This document shows positions 54,606 through 64,000 of a stretch of DNA of 64,000 nt, piece after piece. The notes beneath the pieces are model-generated. The model did no database searches. It worked only from the letters and a program-made list of their open reading frames with translations, and had not been told where the DNA came from. Position numbers and translations under genes: made by a program. Source of the DNA: a virus (taxonomy: Duplodnaviria; Caudoviricetes); IMG/VR virus record IMGVR_UViG_3300017716_001697, positions 224,001 to 288,000 of that record; one strand, 5' to 3'. The stretch's first letter is position 1. Each line of letters opens with the position of its first letter.

Positions 54606-54824
54606 ATGAAGACATGGAAGAATTGGTTTGCATGGTATCCAGTGGCCTTCGGGCCTCACATCAAGTGGCTGGTTACGATACAGCGATACTACAACTCCGA
54701 GGAGAAGTCTTGGTACTATCGGAGGCTACCTTCGGAGATATGTGCTGTGCCTCGCGTGCGCAAAGAACAAGACATCGACTGGGTGGCGCGACTAAAAATA
54801 CTTCTTGCCCGCCCCTCCAAGTAG
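54606..54824 (+). CDS. hypothetical protein (W..WFAWYPV motif)
   Basis: TAGGAG RBS. Confidence 0.75.
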   Translation: MKTWKNWFAWYPVAFGPHIKWLVTIQRYYNSEEKSWYYRRLPSEICAVPRVRKEQDIDWVARLKILLARPSK

Positions 54825-54985
54825 TGCTATAATAAACACATAGCAACAAGGAATACATCATGTTAGGCCACTACAAACAGCTTCTTGCACACGTTGCACG
54901 TTCACAACGCCAGCAATTCAAGCCGCTTACACAGACGCAGTTCATTAAGATTGCAGTCAAGATTGTAACAGCTTAGGAGCACAAC

Positions 54986-55237
54986 ATGACACAGACAGTA
55001 GCTGAATGGACACGCGATTGGTACGAGCGCCGCTTCCTGGGCCGTATCCCAGTGTTCATCCGCCTGCGTGTTAGATATGGTTGGTACACCTATCGCAAGT
55101 CCGAGGGGCATCCAATCACATTGCGTCGAGCATTCTTCTCGCAGCCACCACGATTCGGATCATACGAAGAGCACGAGGTAGGTTGTCCAGACTGGGCATT
55201 GCGTGACTACAAACTGGTTGCAATACAATCCAAGTAG
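54986..55237 (+). CDS. hypothetical protein
   Basis: TAGGAG RBS. Confidence 0.75.
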   Translation: MTQTVAEWTRDWYERRFLGRIPVFIRLRVRYGWYTYRKSEGHPITLRRAFFSQPPRFGSYEEHEVGCPDWALRDYKLVAIQSK

Positions 55238-55273
55238 TGCTATAATAGCTGCATAGCAACGCAAAGGTACACT

Positions 55274-55639
55274 ATGACAACAGCCACATACACATTCGAC
55301 AACGACATTGCAGGCGACTTGCACAAGGATGCATACGGCTTCCGCCCACACTCCAGCTGGTGGGCTGCGTGGGCCATTATGTCGGATGCTGAGAAGCAGC
55401 AGGAGTGGGACCAGCTTGTCGAATCAATGAAGACACGTGAAGCATCTCGTATCGAATGTGAGCAGCAAGCGATAGTCCGCTTCGAGACCCTAGTGACTAA
55501 GACTGTCACAGCAGGAGCAGCGAGCCGTGCAGACGCTATCAAATGGTTGATGCAGGGTGAAGAGGTGAATGGTGACACCAACTACTTCGAGTACCTAATG
55601 GGTATCCCCTACGGTCACGTTGTTACAACTACGTGTTGA
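55274..55639 (+). CDS. hypothetical phage protein (DLHKDAYGFRP motif)
   Basis: Cassette; motif recalled from T4-superfamily early genes. Confidence 0.85.
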   Translation: MTTATYTFDNDIAGDLHKDAYGFRPHSSWWAAWAIMSDAEKQQEWDQLVESMKTREASRIECEQQAIVRFETLVTKTVTAGAASRADAIKWLMQGEEVNGDTNYFEYLMGIPYGHVVTTTC

Positions 55640-55821
55640 CAGCAGCATCCAGCTATGCTATACTAACAGCATAGCAACACAAAACATATCATGTACTACG
55701 CAAACATCGCAGCAGCTATCGGATTTGTCGTACTCGCAATCATGGAGTATCGCAAAGGATCCCGCGGCGTTGCAGCGTTTAACGCAGCCTTTGCATTAGC
55801 TAACATCGCAGCTACCACACC

Positions 55822-56160
55822 ATGACACACCCTAACCCCATAGTCCCAGCAGAAGTATCGCGTCAGCGTGTGGCACACTACACCATATGGCACGGGGAGG
55901 TACTCGTAACAGTAACGCAGCACCTAGGGGCCTATGGCTTCTACAGTGCGGCCATGGTAGTCGAGCGTATGGATGGGCCCATCGAGTGTATGCTCTACGA
56001 GGGGTACAGTGGGGACACCCCTAAGCACCTGGGCGAGCTAGTGATGCGCAACTGGGTAGCAAGTAAGCTCAACCAGCTAGCTACAGGTACTCACAACGCT
56101 GTAGGCGACTATAGCGAAATTGTGCGTGGTGCAGACACAGCCATTATTGGAACAGTATAG
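55822..56160 (+). CDS. hypothetical protein
   Basis: ORF with atypical composition. Confidence 0.5.
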   Translation: MTHPNPIVPAEVSRQRVAHYTIWHGEVLVTVTQHLGAYGFYSAAMVVERMDGPIECMLYEGYSGDTPKHLGELVMRNWVASKLNQLATGTHNAVGDYSEIVRGADTAIIGTV

Positions 56161-56300
56161 CATACATTCTCGCAAAAATCCCAGTCAGCACTATATAATT
56201 TCGAGGTGTTGTTTTTTTGCGACCGTGGGCAAGCCGCAAGCCACTTTTTTCCACAGTCCTATAGACCTGGTCATATTTTTCCACGTAGTCCTATAATGTT
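56161..56300. repeat. non-coding junction with inverted and direct repeats
   Basis: TCGCAAAAA(56170)/TTTTTGCGA(56214); TTTTTCCAC(N)AGTCCTATA x2 (about 56245, 56276). Confidence 0.65.
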
Positions 56301-56302
56301 AT

Positions 56303-56581
56303 ATGCTGTATAATGTAAATACCATTATGCCAACTTCAAGCTTATTCCCTGATTACTGTTATTGCACTATAGTGAAATGCTGGGCGCATGAAGATATAGA
56401 CCATCATTCAAAACGGTTCTACGCCGCAACAGAATGGTTACTTAAATATAATGCAGTATTAATGGAAGACTGCGAAGATGCACACGGACATTATTACACT
56501 TCAAGATACATTGTGAAGTTTGTTAGTAAAGATGATATGCTAGCGTTTATGCTTCAATTCGGTGATTTGCTAGAACGCTAA
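56303..56581 (+). CDS. array-B-type small protein
   Basis: C-terminal VKFVSKDDMLAFMLQF. Confidence 0.7.
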   Translation: MLYNVNTIMPTSSLFPDYCYCTIVKCWAHEDIDHHSKRFYAATEWLLKYNAVLMEDCEDAHGHYYTSRYIVKFVSKDDMLAFMLQFGDLLER

Positions 56582-56633
56582 AAATTTTTTAGTAAATTTT
56601 TCTTAGCCCGCTATATAGAACACAATATGACTC

Positions 56634-58046
56634 TTAGTAGTTTCTATTGTGATCACCAGTTTGATAGTTAGTGCCGTTGACTTGATTGGAGTGTGCTATA
56701 TATTCCTGTACATTAGGGGTCGGGCTTCTTATATACCCGTATGCTGAAGGATTCAACTTTACAGCCATCATCTGTAATGCTGAGTCTGGTAGAGCCATAT
56801 ACTCTATGGATGTTGGATCCATTTTTAGTGCTGCTTCAAGAGTCTTTCTATTTACTTTGAAGTCACCACGACGGAAGAACTTCAATGCAGCTTTACCATG
56901 TTTTTCTAATACACGTAATTGTAAGTCGACTGGTATTTCTATATCTTGCTCTACTAAGGAACCTGCTATTGTGGGATCATTCAATACAGCAGCATCTATA
57001 ACTGCACTAGTTGGTTCGATATCGTATTTTAATAAATTGTTTATTTCTCCACCGTCGGCTGATACTACTGCTAGTTGGACTGCTTCTGATGGATTATAAC
57101 CATTGTGTAACATGTCGGAAAGTTCGTCAGGTGCAACCCTTAATGTAACCATGCGAACCTTTTCGTTGTCGTCGGCTAGCATTGTCCATACACCTCTGGT
57201 ATCATTATCTGTTGCAGCTATTAACGCTACCTTTTCTGGATAGTTAGTTAGCTTCTTATTATCGTTAGTTTTTAATAATGCGTATATGTATCTCTTGCAT
57301 AGTTGACCATCTTCTGAATCTACAAGTTTCTTTTCTAGTTCTGGATCGCGTTGATAACCATCGAAATTTTTCATTAACTCGTATACTTGGTTTGTTAATT
57401 CTTTGCGATCTTTGCGAGTGGAATCTATTTGTCCGCTGGTCGCAGGAACATCGCCGTTTACTAACTTGCACAGTTCGTAAAGATCTAAGCCGGTTTGTTT
57501 TCTGAATTCGGTGGGTGTAATACTGTTATCGCGCTGGTCGAATATCTCTGAGTTTTCTGGTAAGTCTTTATGTGTAGCCAATGCCCACATACCACCGGTT
57601 TGTTTTTGCAAACAGTATATAAGTGTTATATTCTTATTGTGGAAGTAATCGTTAAAGTAATTTTGATCGGATTTAGTTGTGCACCAGTTACTATCCTTAC
57701 CGTGGAAACAACTAGCGTTCTTGTCTAGTGGAACTACTATAAGCCAATTGTCGTCTTCTTTTACTGTTACGGACTTGCCGGGTACTTTCTTTCTTTTAAT
57801 TTGTGTAGCGGTGTTTGTTTCGGATTTGCCGTTTACAAATTTTAAAAAGTTATCCCACCCTTGCTTACGCCAGTGATCTATGTTACGCTCGTTGCCTGCC
57901 ACTTGATTCTTTGTTACTAATGTCTTATACTTGTTAATAGCGTCGGCAGCGGTGGCTGGATCTGAAGCAGCAGAAAATTCCTGCGTTGCTTCTTTGTAGC
58001 CTTCTGTTATTGATAATGATGATGAAAATAATTCTATTAACCGCAT
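56634..58046 (-). CDS. 470-aa putative late/virion-packaged protein with C-terminal helical repeats (DUF4116-like)
   Basis: Upstream minus-strand GATAAATA; N-terminal MRLIELF..ITE; I.VP....ASC..G..S.WCTT...YF..Y; repeats such as ALQMMAVKLNPSAYGYI. Confidence 0.8.
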   Translation of the reverse strand: MRLIELFSSSLSITEGYKEATQEFSAASDPATAADAINKYKTLVTKNQVAGNERNIDHWRKQGWDNFLKFVNGKSETNTATQIKRKKVPGKSVTVKEDDNWLIVVPLDKNASCFHGKDSNWCTTKSDQNYFNDYFHNKNITLIYCLQKQTGGMWALATHKDLPENSEIFDQRDNSITPTEFRKQTGLDLYELCKLVNGDVPATSGQIDSTRKDRKELTNQVYELMKNFDGYQRDPELEKKLVDSEDGQLCKRYIYALLKTNDNKKLTNYPEKVALIAATDNDTRGVWTMLADDNEKVRMVTLRVAPDELSDMLHNGYNPSEAVQLAVVSADGGEINNLLKYDIEPTSAVIDAAVLNDPTIAGSLVEQDIEIPVDLQLRVLEKHGKAALKFFRRGDFKVNRKTLEAALKMDPTSIEYMALPDSALQMMAVKLNPSAYGYIRSPTPNVQEYIAHSNQVNGTNYQTGDHNRNY

Positions 58047-58079
58047 TTGTAAATCCTAATTTCTTGTATTTATCTTAAT

Positions 58080-60853
58080 ATGTATAGACTGCACATCCGC
58101 GATTATAAAAACAATATGCTTGATGCATGCCATTGGTGGAAGAACTTTACTGTTGTGTACAGGAAGGTCGTGCAATCTACTTATATTGAATTAGAAGATT
58201 ATATACTGGAACACCACGGTGGGGTCTATAATGGTGGAGCGTCGTGGCATATTGACTTCGATGAAAAAGAAGACGCTGCTGCATTCGTATTGAGGTATAG
58301 CTGATATGTATAAACTAGAAGTAATTAAGAACTACGAAAATAGGCCCGATGGCGAAGATTACGACGATACTTTGTGGATGAAGTTTCTTACTAATGCAGC
58401 ACATCTGGATGTAGATAATAATATATTTAAAGCAACCGATAAGGTATTAGAAGAGTACGGCGGTACTAATCCGCGGCGTACTGGGCATCTATTATTCGAA
58501 ACAGAAGAAGCCGCCCTTGCATTTAAATTGGTATGGTTGACATAATGTACTTGGTAAATTTATCGGATACACCATACAAGAACGCTTGGAAAAACTATGC
58601 ATCTGTGAAACGGTTGGCCGGGACATGGGACTTAACTAGTGGACTAGAACAAATTAATGCAGTTGATGCTCCAGAGAGTTCCAATGAAATTTATTTTCTT
58701 ACAGAAGAAGATGCCACTGCATTTGTATTAAGGTATTCGTAATATGTACCAATTAGAAGTAATTAGATCTTATATACACGACGAAGTGGAGTATCGTGAT
58801 GATACCCTGTGGCTAAATTTTATTACTAGGGTTGGCGATGAGTGCAACACTGGTCGGACCAGTAACACTGATGATATATTTGATGCGATGGATGTGATAC
58901 TTAAAGAGTATAATGGCATTAATCCGCGAAACACTAGTTACCTGATCTTTGCGACACCAGAAGATGCATTAGCATTTAAGATAGTGTGGTTGACATAATG
59001 TACACAGTAAATTTATACACTGAGAAATACAGTAATGCGTGGGATAACTATACGCTCGATTATCGAATTACCGAAGAATGGGATTTAGACGAAATGCTGA
59101 GAAACATTAATGCAGTTGATAATCCTCTTAGCCGTGAAGAGATTTATTTTAAGGCTGAAGAAGATGCACTTGCATTTCTTTTAAAGTATTCCTAATATGT
59201 ACGCATTAACTCTTACAGATCTGAAAACATGGCAGGGACATAAATGGTGGGACAATTTCTGCAGAGAAAATAAGATACTGACTATCGTGGAACCAGTAAC
59301 TAAGAAAAGCAGAGTAAACGTCTTGTTGCGTAAACACAACGGTGTGTTTACTACGGGCCCACTTTGGTCTGTTGTGTTTGACACAGAGGAAGACGCTACA
59401 GCATTTATATTGAGGTTTTCCTAATGTACACGTTAAAAATCGACTCTAAAACTACACCATGGTGGAACTTCTTAGGGAGCATTAAGGACGAAGATATTAT
59501 AGGTAAGACTGCTAATGAGCAATTAGATTTTATAAATCTATCGTTGTATGAGTATAAGGGAGAATGTTTCCTTACCACTAGATTGGATAGAATTAGTATA
59601 GTACACTTCGAAACAGAAGAAGATTATGTTGTGTTTAAGTTAAGGTTTTCCTAATATGTACAAATTAAGAATTAATGTTAGTAAGAAGTCGGACTACGAA
59701 GCGACATATTACGATTCTGCAACCTGGTGGAAGAACTTTAACGACTGGTATCATAACACATGTACAGTGGGTATGAATAAGGATGACTATATGCTACAGG
59801 TATGTGGATGTAGTTATGAAATGTCGCCTGAGTGGATACTTAAATTTAATACAGAAGAAGATGCAACTGTTTTTAAGTTAAGGTTTAGTTAATTATGGCA
59901 TACAGATACCGTATTGTAAACGCTCCGAATATCTGGGCTAACTTCTTAGTCGACTCTAGGTATAGTGACGAGATAGAACTACAGTCGTGGTGGGAATATA
60001 CCGTTTGGTGTTCTGAAAAGTTAAAACCATGGAATGCTACCTTAGTGGGATCTATTGATGGCATAGTTTTTGAAAATGACGATGATGCAGTGGCCTTTAA
60101 ACTAAAGTATTCCTGATGTACGAATTTTATATCTTTACACATAATCTCCATGTATGGGAAAACTTTGTGGCTAGCACAGCAGCAGGTGGGCAAGATGGAG
60201 ATACATATATTAGTACACTTAATGATGCATTAGAAAGATATAAAGGTGTTATTAAGCCGCATTATGTAGAATTTGCCACCGAGGAAGATTTTATAGTTTT
60301 TAGATTGAGCTTTGCGTAAATATGACACCAGTATATGCACCGATAAAGAATGATCGCGAACATGAGATCGCAGTAATGAAATGGTTAAACGAGTTACCGT
60401 CCCAGAGTTACCATTGGGACGAAGAGTATCAGGAATTGCAGTTTAGACATGAAACAGATGCAGTAGCATTTATATTAAAGTTCGGAATATGATAACAATT
60501 GCCACAGACAGTGTACCTATGGAAGTATATTATGCTATAATGAATTGGTTAGAGACTGACGATATAGAACATGAAGCACTACTGGAAGACTCGCTTGGCT
60601 ATGTTGCGGCAATACGCATGTCCGAAGAAGATGCGTTAATAATGAGATTGAAACTAGGCATATGAATAATAAACGTAAACTATGTACACAGGTATTTATT
60701 GTGCCCGATAAGCCAGTATACAGACAATGGCTTGCAGCCTTACCAAAGAAACGGTGGTTCCACCGTAGAACATCGAATTGGTGGGATGATTATATCGAAC
60801 TACACCTACAGCCAGAAGATGCCCTAGCATTTAAACTAAGATTTGAATTATGA
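58080..60853 (+). CDS. array B part 1, 13 paralogues: 58080-58304, 58306-58545, 58545-58742, 58744-58998, 58998-59195, 59197-59424, 59424-59654, 59656-59892, 59895-60116, 60116-60319, 60322-60492, 60489-60665, 60662-60853
   Basis: All end F(D/E/L/A/N)x(E/K/P)EDAxxF(K/V/I/L)L(R/K)(Y/F/W)(S) or a close variant; TAATG/ATGA junctions. Confidence 0.88.
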
Positions 60854-61185
60854 ATACAAACACTATATTAAACGAAGATTACACAGCTGGTGTATTGGCA
60901 GGTATACCATTTTTCTGTATTAACAGATTATACAGATGTAATGAAGGAAGCATGGCACTTAAGGTGCAATATGAATTTACTTTTGATAACGGGTACGGAG
61001 CCAGCATTGTCGAATTCCATGATAAGATGTATTCTGGTGGTGCGCAGTACGAATTAGCAGTACTCCGTGATGATCGGTTGGTATACGATACCTATATAAC
61101 ATCTGATGTGGAGCGTGGCAATGAAAAGTATATGCACGAATTACTAAATAAAATTGAACAGTTAAACCAACTGCCTAGTAGTTAG
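60850..61185 (+). CDS. hypothetical phage protein (not array family)
   Basis: F.F.NGYGASIV....Y.G...YELAVL. Confidence 0.85.
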   Translation: MNTNTILNEDYTAGVLAGIPFFCINRLYRCNEGSMALKVQYEFTFDNGYGASIVEFHDKMYSGGAQYELAVLRDDRLVYDTYITSDVERGNEKYMHELLNKIEQLNQLPSS

Positions 61186-61187
61186 CT

Positions 61188-63777
61188 ATGATAAGATACG
61201 ATGATACATTGGTACGTGCCCACATTGTGCGAGCATGGATTGCAGCGGAATACGACGCTTTAGATAAATGGGTGATGCAGTGCGATAATGCGGTATGGGA
61301 TTACAATGGACCACGTAGCCATTACAAAGGTAGGCTATTCTATTCTTATGTGATATTTGACTCTACTGAAGATTTACTAGCATGCAAATTAGTCTTTCCA
61401 GAAATTGATTTAGTAAGATATGCCGATTAACACTGTATATTATACATTTGATTTTTGCGTTTCGGCGCGTCCTGCAGGACACCAATACAACCCGCCTGAA
61501 CCAAATTTTGACAAATATTGACATGGCATACCTGTTTAATGTACACTATGAAGTCGAGCCTAATCTGTGGATTAACTTTCAGACTGCAGAAGGTGGGCCA
61601 GAATTTAATGCAGACGACTGCACTTTTCAAGAGAGATACACTACCTGGATAGATGCTGCACTTAAGAAATATAATGCATATAATGTAGAGGGTGGCACAT
61701 ATATCTATTTCGAAACAGAGGAAGATGCTACTGCTTTTAAACTGAGGTTTAGCTAATGATATCAATACATTTTTCTGAAGCTATAGATATACACAATACC
61801 AGGAATTATTTCGAAAATTTCTACTCAATGGTGTGGAAGGCAAATTTCGGACAGACCGTCGATGATTGGCCATTAGATAGGGCGTTAGACACAGCAATTA
61901 AAGAGTATGGCGGTATCAGCGTAGTTAGACGATATCATAATGCATACCAAGCATATAGATATGTTGCTAAATTCGAGTCCGAGGAAGACCTTGTTGTTTT
62001 TAAATTAAAGTTCAGCTAATGATATTAGTTCCACTACCACTCAACAAATTAGAAAGAATGACTCGTGAACACTGGTGTATAGAACATATAGGTGACCCGA
62101 GTCCGTCGACATGGTTCATACTAAATTCAATATACCAATTGTCAAATAAGAGTGTAAACATGGTGGAATATAACAGATATAACAATGCAGGGTTAACAAG
62201 ATGTCTAGCAATATGCAATCACGAAACTGCTAGTGCATATAAATTAAGGTTTGGTATATCATGAGTTATTCTGTACAATGTAAATATACAACTGACATTG
62301 AATATTATAAAACAATGAAGCAATGGTTGCTGGATACAGGCATGACGGCATGGCGTTGGGATGATGGGCGATATCGTATGATATTTGAAGATGAAATGGA
62401 TGCACTTACCTTCAAACTAAGATATCAGAATGATGTTGATGAGCAGAATATATGATACTCGTAGATGTTAATTCACCTAAATTTAACTATCCTGCACCGT
62501 GGGATAAATTTGTTAAGGTTGCTGATGCTCTGTGGTCGGAAAGGTTTAGACACGCAGAGTGGCGTGATTTTTTAGATGCGCAGTTACTTGATATGGGTGC
62601 AGTAAATATAATGAATACCTATTACATTGAGTTCAAAGATAGGAGTGATGCCCTTGCGTTCATACTCAAATTTGGTGGCATCTATGAAGATCGTGAATTG
62701 ACACCGGACGACGATGGCAGCGTATAAGCACAGCGAGCAATTCACAGTCGTACGCATCCCCGACGATTATGATTTCTACGAAGATGATTCAATGTACGAG
62801 TGGTGCGAAGAGCATGCCGGTGATAGAAGCTATAGTTGGGGATACGATGACAAGCAGGGGATTATCTGGTTTGCCGAATCTATTGTCGCCAACCTGTTTA
62901 AATTAACATTCGGAATATGATTTATATTAAATTTCCCAACTACGAAATTATACCAATGGTGACAGCATCTGATTTACTACGAAGCTATATGGTATGGTTA
63001 AATGAACATGCTGGTAATGGACCTACAATAAACGACGAACAGTTACTTAAAGAGTGGGACTGGGTGCGCGGTGATAGATATGCACGAGGTGTTTATATAC
63101 GCGACCCAGAGGTAGCCACTATGTTTAAATTAAAATTCACATTATGACTAATATAGTAGATACAGCAGTTAGAGATAACGAATATCTTGGTATGGTAAAG
63201 GTTGACTTAAAGTTACTCTGGGACGGACCAGCTGCTGTTAGTCCTAAAACATATAATATCTATAAGAATATGTGTCAATGGCTTAGTGAGTCTAAAATAA
63301 CACACAGATTCTTTTGGGACAATACTGGCCAGTATCTACCTAATGCAATCTATCTGGATGCGAAGAGTGACACTGCGACATATTTTATGTTAAAGTACGG
63401 TATATGCAGGTAGATTTAAGACACATATCAAACGACCTTTACAGAAGTGTGTGGTCGTATCTGTTAAGACCTGATAATAAACCCATGTGGGAATATTCAG
63501 TGGCAAGTGTTAATTTAGATGATATTATATATTTTCATAATAAAGAAGATGCCACATTTTTTAAATTAAAGTTTGGATTGTAATGTACCGTATCGTGCGT
63601 AATAGTCTAGTCGATGATGCTGAATGGGTTACGCTCGAATGTACTACACAAATCGGTTCGTGGATTAATACCCAATCATCTGACTTGTGGTACTGCCACA
63701 CAGGTATGCCACACGGGCACCTGTACTACGATATTCACGAAGAACTATTGTTGTTGATTAAGTTGAAATACGGTTAG
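61188..63777 (+). CDS. array B part 2, 11 paralogues: 61188-61430, 61481-61756, 61756-62019, 62019-62264, 62261-62455, 62452-62727, 62714-62920, 62917-63147, 63144-63413, 63404-63583, 63583-63777
   Basis: FDSTEDLLACKL, FETEEDATAFKLRFS, FESEEDLVVFKLKFS, NHETASAYKLRFG, FEDEMDALTFKLRY, FKDRSDALAFILKFG, FAESIVANLFKLTFG, RDPEVATMFKLKF, SDTATYFMLKYG, FHNKEDATFFKLKFG, HEELLLLIKLKYG. Confidence 0.85.
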
Positions 63778-63814
63778 GCATAAATATCTGAATTGGTAAT
63801 AACCAAGGAGGGTA

Positions 63815-64000
63815 ATGCAGTTTTTATTCAATACACGTGAGTTAATAGGTAACATAGATTGCGCTGAGGCACTGTTTTCGTATCACCACTATGTTAACTG
63901 GTGTATAAATAATATAGACCAAGATCAATGGGAATTGGACAACACAGACATTATTTGCGTTGGCGGCAAATCTGTGGCTGGTGCCATTCGCATTAAGAAT
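63815..64000 (+). CDS. hypothetical protein, 3' truncated (possibly array family)
   Basis: AAGGAGG RBS; VNWCINNI...QWE. Confidence 0.65.
   Translation, partial: MQFLFNTRELIGNIDCAEALFSYHHYVNWCINNIDQDQWELDNTDIICVGGKSVAGAIRIKN

Larger units (their letters stand above)
33153..55690 (+). promoter_or_regulatory. array of about 40 early promoter-leader-RBS cassettes, consensus (TTGAC/TAGAC)-N-(TGC/CGT)TATAAT-N2-4-ACAT(A/C)GCAACAA(A)GGA-N5-8-ATG
   Basis: -10 hexamers read at 33177, 33845, 34282, 34782, 35449, 36173, 36615, 36884, 37427, 38676, 40150, 40525, 42082, 42532, 42871, 43252, 43613, 43967, 44334, 44789, 45146, 46065, 46513, 47083, 48493, 48724, 48995, 49268, 49531, 49875, 50497, 50847, 51345, 51552, 51949, 52308, 52656, 53370, 54057, 54828, 55241, 55658. 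Confidence 0.9.

Noticed and set aside
33153-55690. CRISPR array interpretation of the repeated ~55-bp units
   Set aside because: The units are variable sigma70 promoters with RBS, and the intervals are whole ORFs of 150-1400 bp. No cas genes.
58080-63777. Diversity-generating retroelement or retron as the source of array variability
   Set aside because: No reverse transcriptase in the window and no near-identical TR/VR pair with adenine-specific differences was noticed.
1-64000. Stop-codon reassignment (alternative genetic code)
   Set aside because: Recognisable proteins are intact under code 11, and TAG, TGA and TAA all end genes at coupled junctions.
1-64000. Assignment to a named phage or host
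   Set aside because: No search was possible; the features indicate only a large T4-superfamily-like myovirus with a probable proteobacterial host.

Overview
A 64-kb slice of a large (jumbo-type) lytic dsDNA myovirus-like phage genome, almost all on the + strand. It uses host sigma70-type early promoters (TTGACA-N17-TATAAT) and has occasional T4-like late boxes (TATAAATA). It contains no structural module, integrase or CRISPR array. The host is probably a proteobacterium (inference). Four zones are visible. (1) 1-24.9 kb: the end of an ATP-dependent DNA ligase, then early accessory genes (Rmf-like, two HD hydrolases, bL12-CTD-like, YqeY-like, DUF3892 fusion, lipoproteins) and a late unit carrying a canonical-core hammerhead ribozyme. 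(2) 24.9-30.7 kb: an AT-rich, nearly promoter-free tandem array of small paralogous ORFs. (3) About 30.7-56.3 kb: a GC-richer island bounded by repeat-rich non-coding junctions, built from about 40 promoter-leader-RBS cassettes that mostly drive one gene each. It includes an HNH nuclease, AAA+ ATPase, lipoprotein S53 protease, SprT protease, a mini type IV pilin, several structured ncRNA candidates and a tRNA-like RNA whose anticodon loop is replaced by about 90 nt. (4) 56.3-64 kb: one minus-strand late gene and a second array of about 24 small paralogues sharing a C-terminal F-x-x-E-E-D-A-x-x-F-x-L motif. All assignments come from motifs read by eye; no database search or folding calculation was run.
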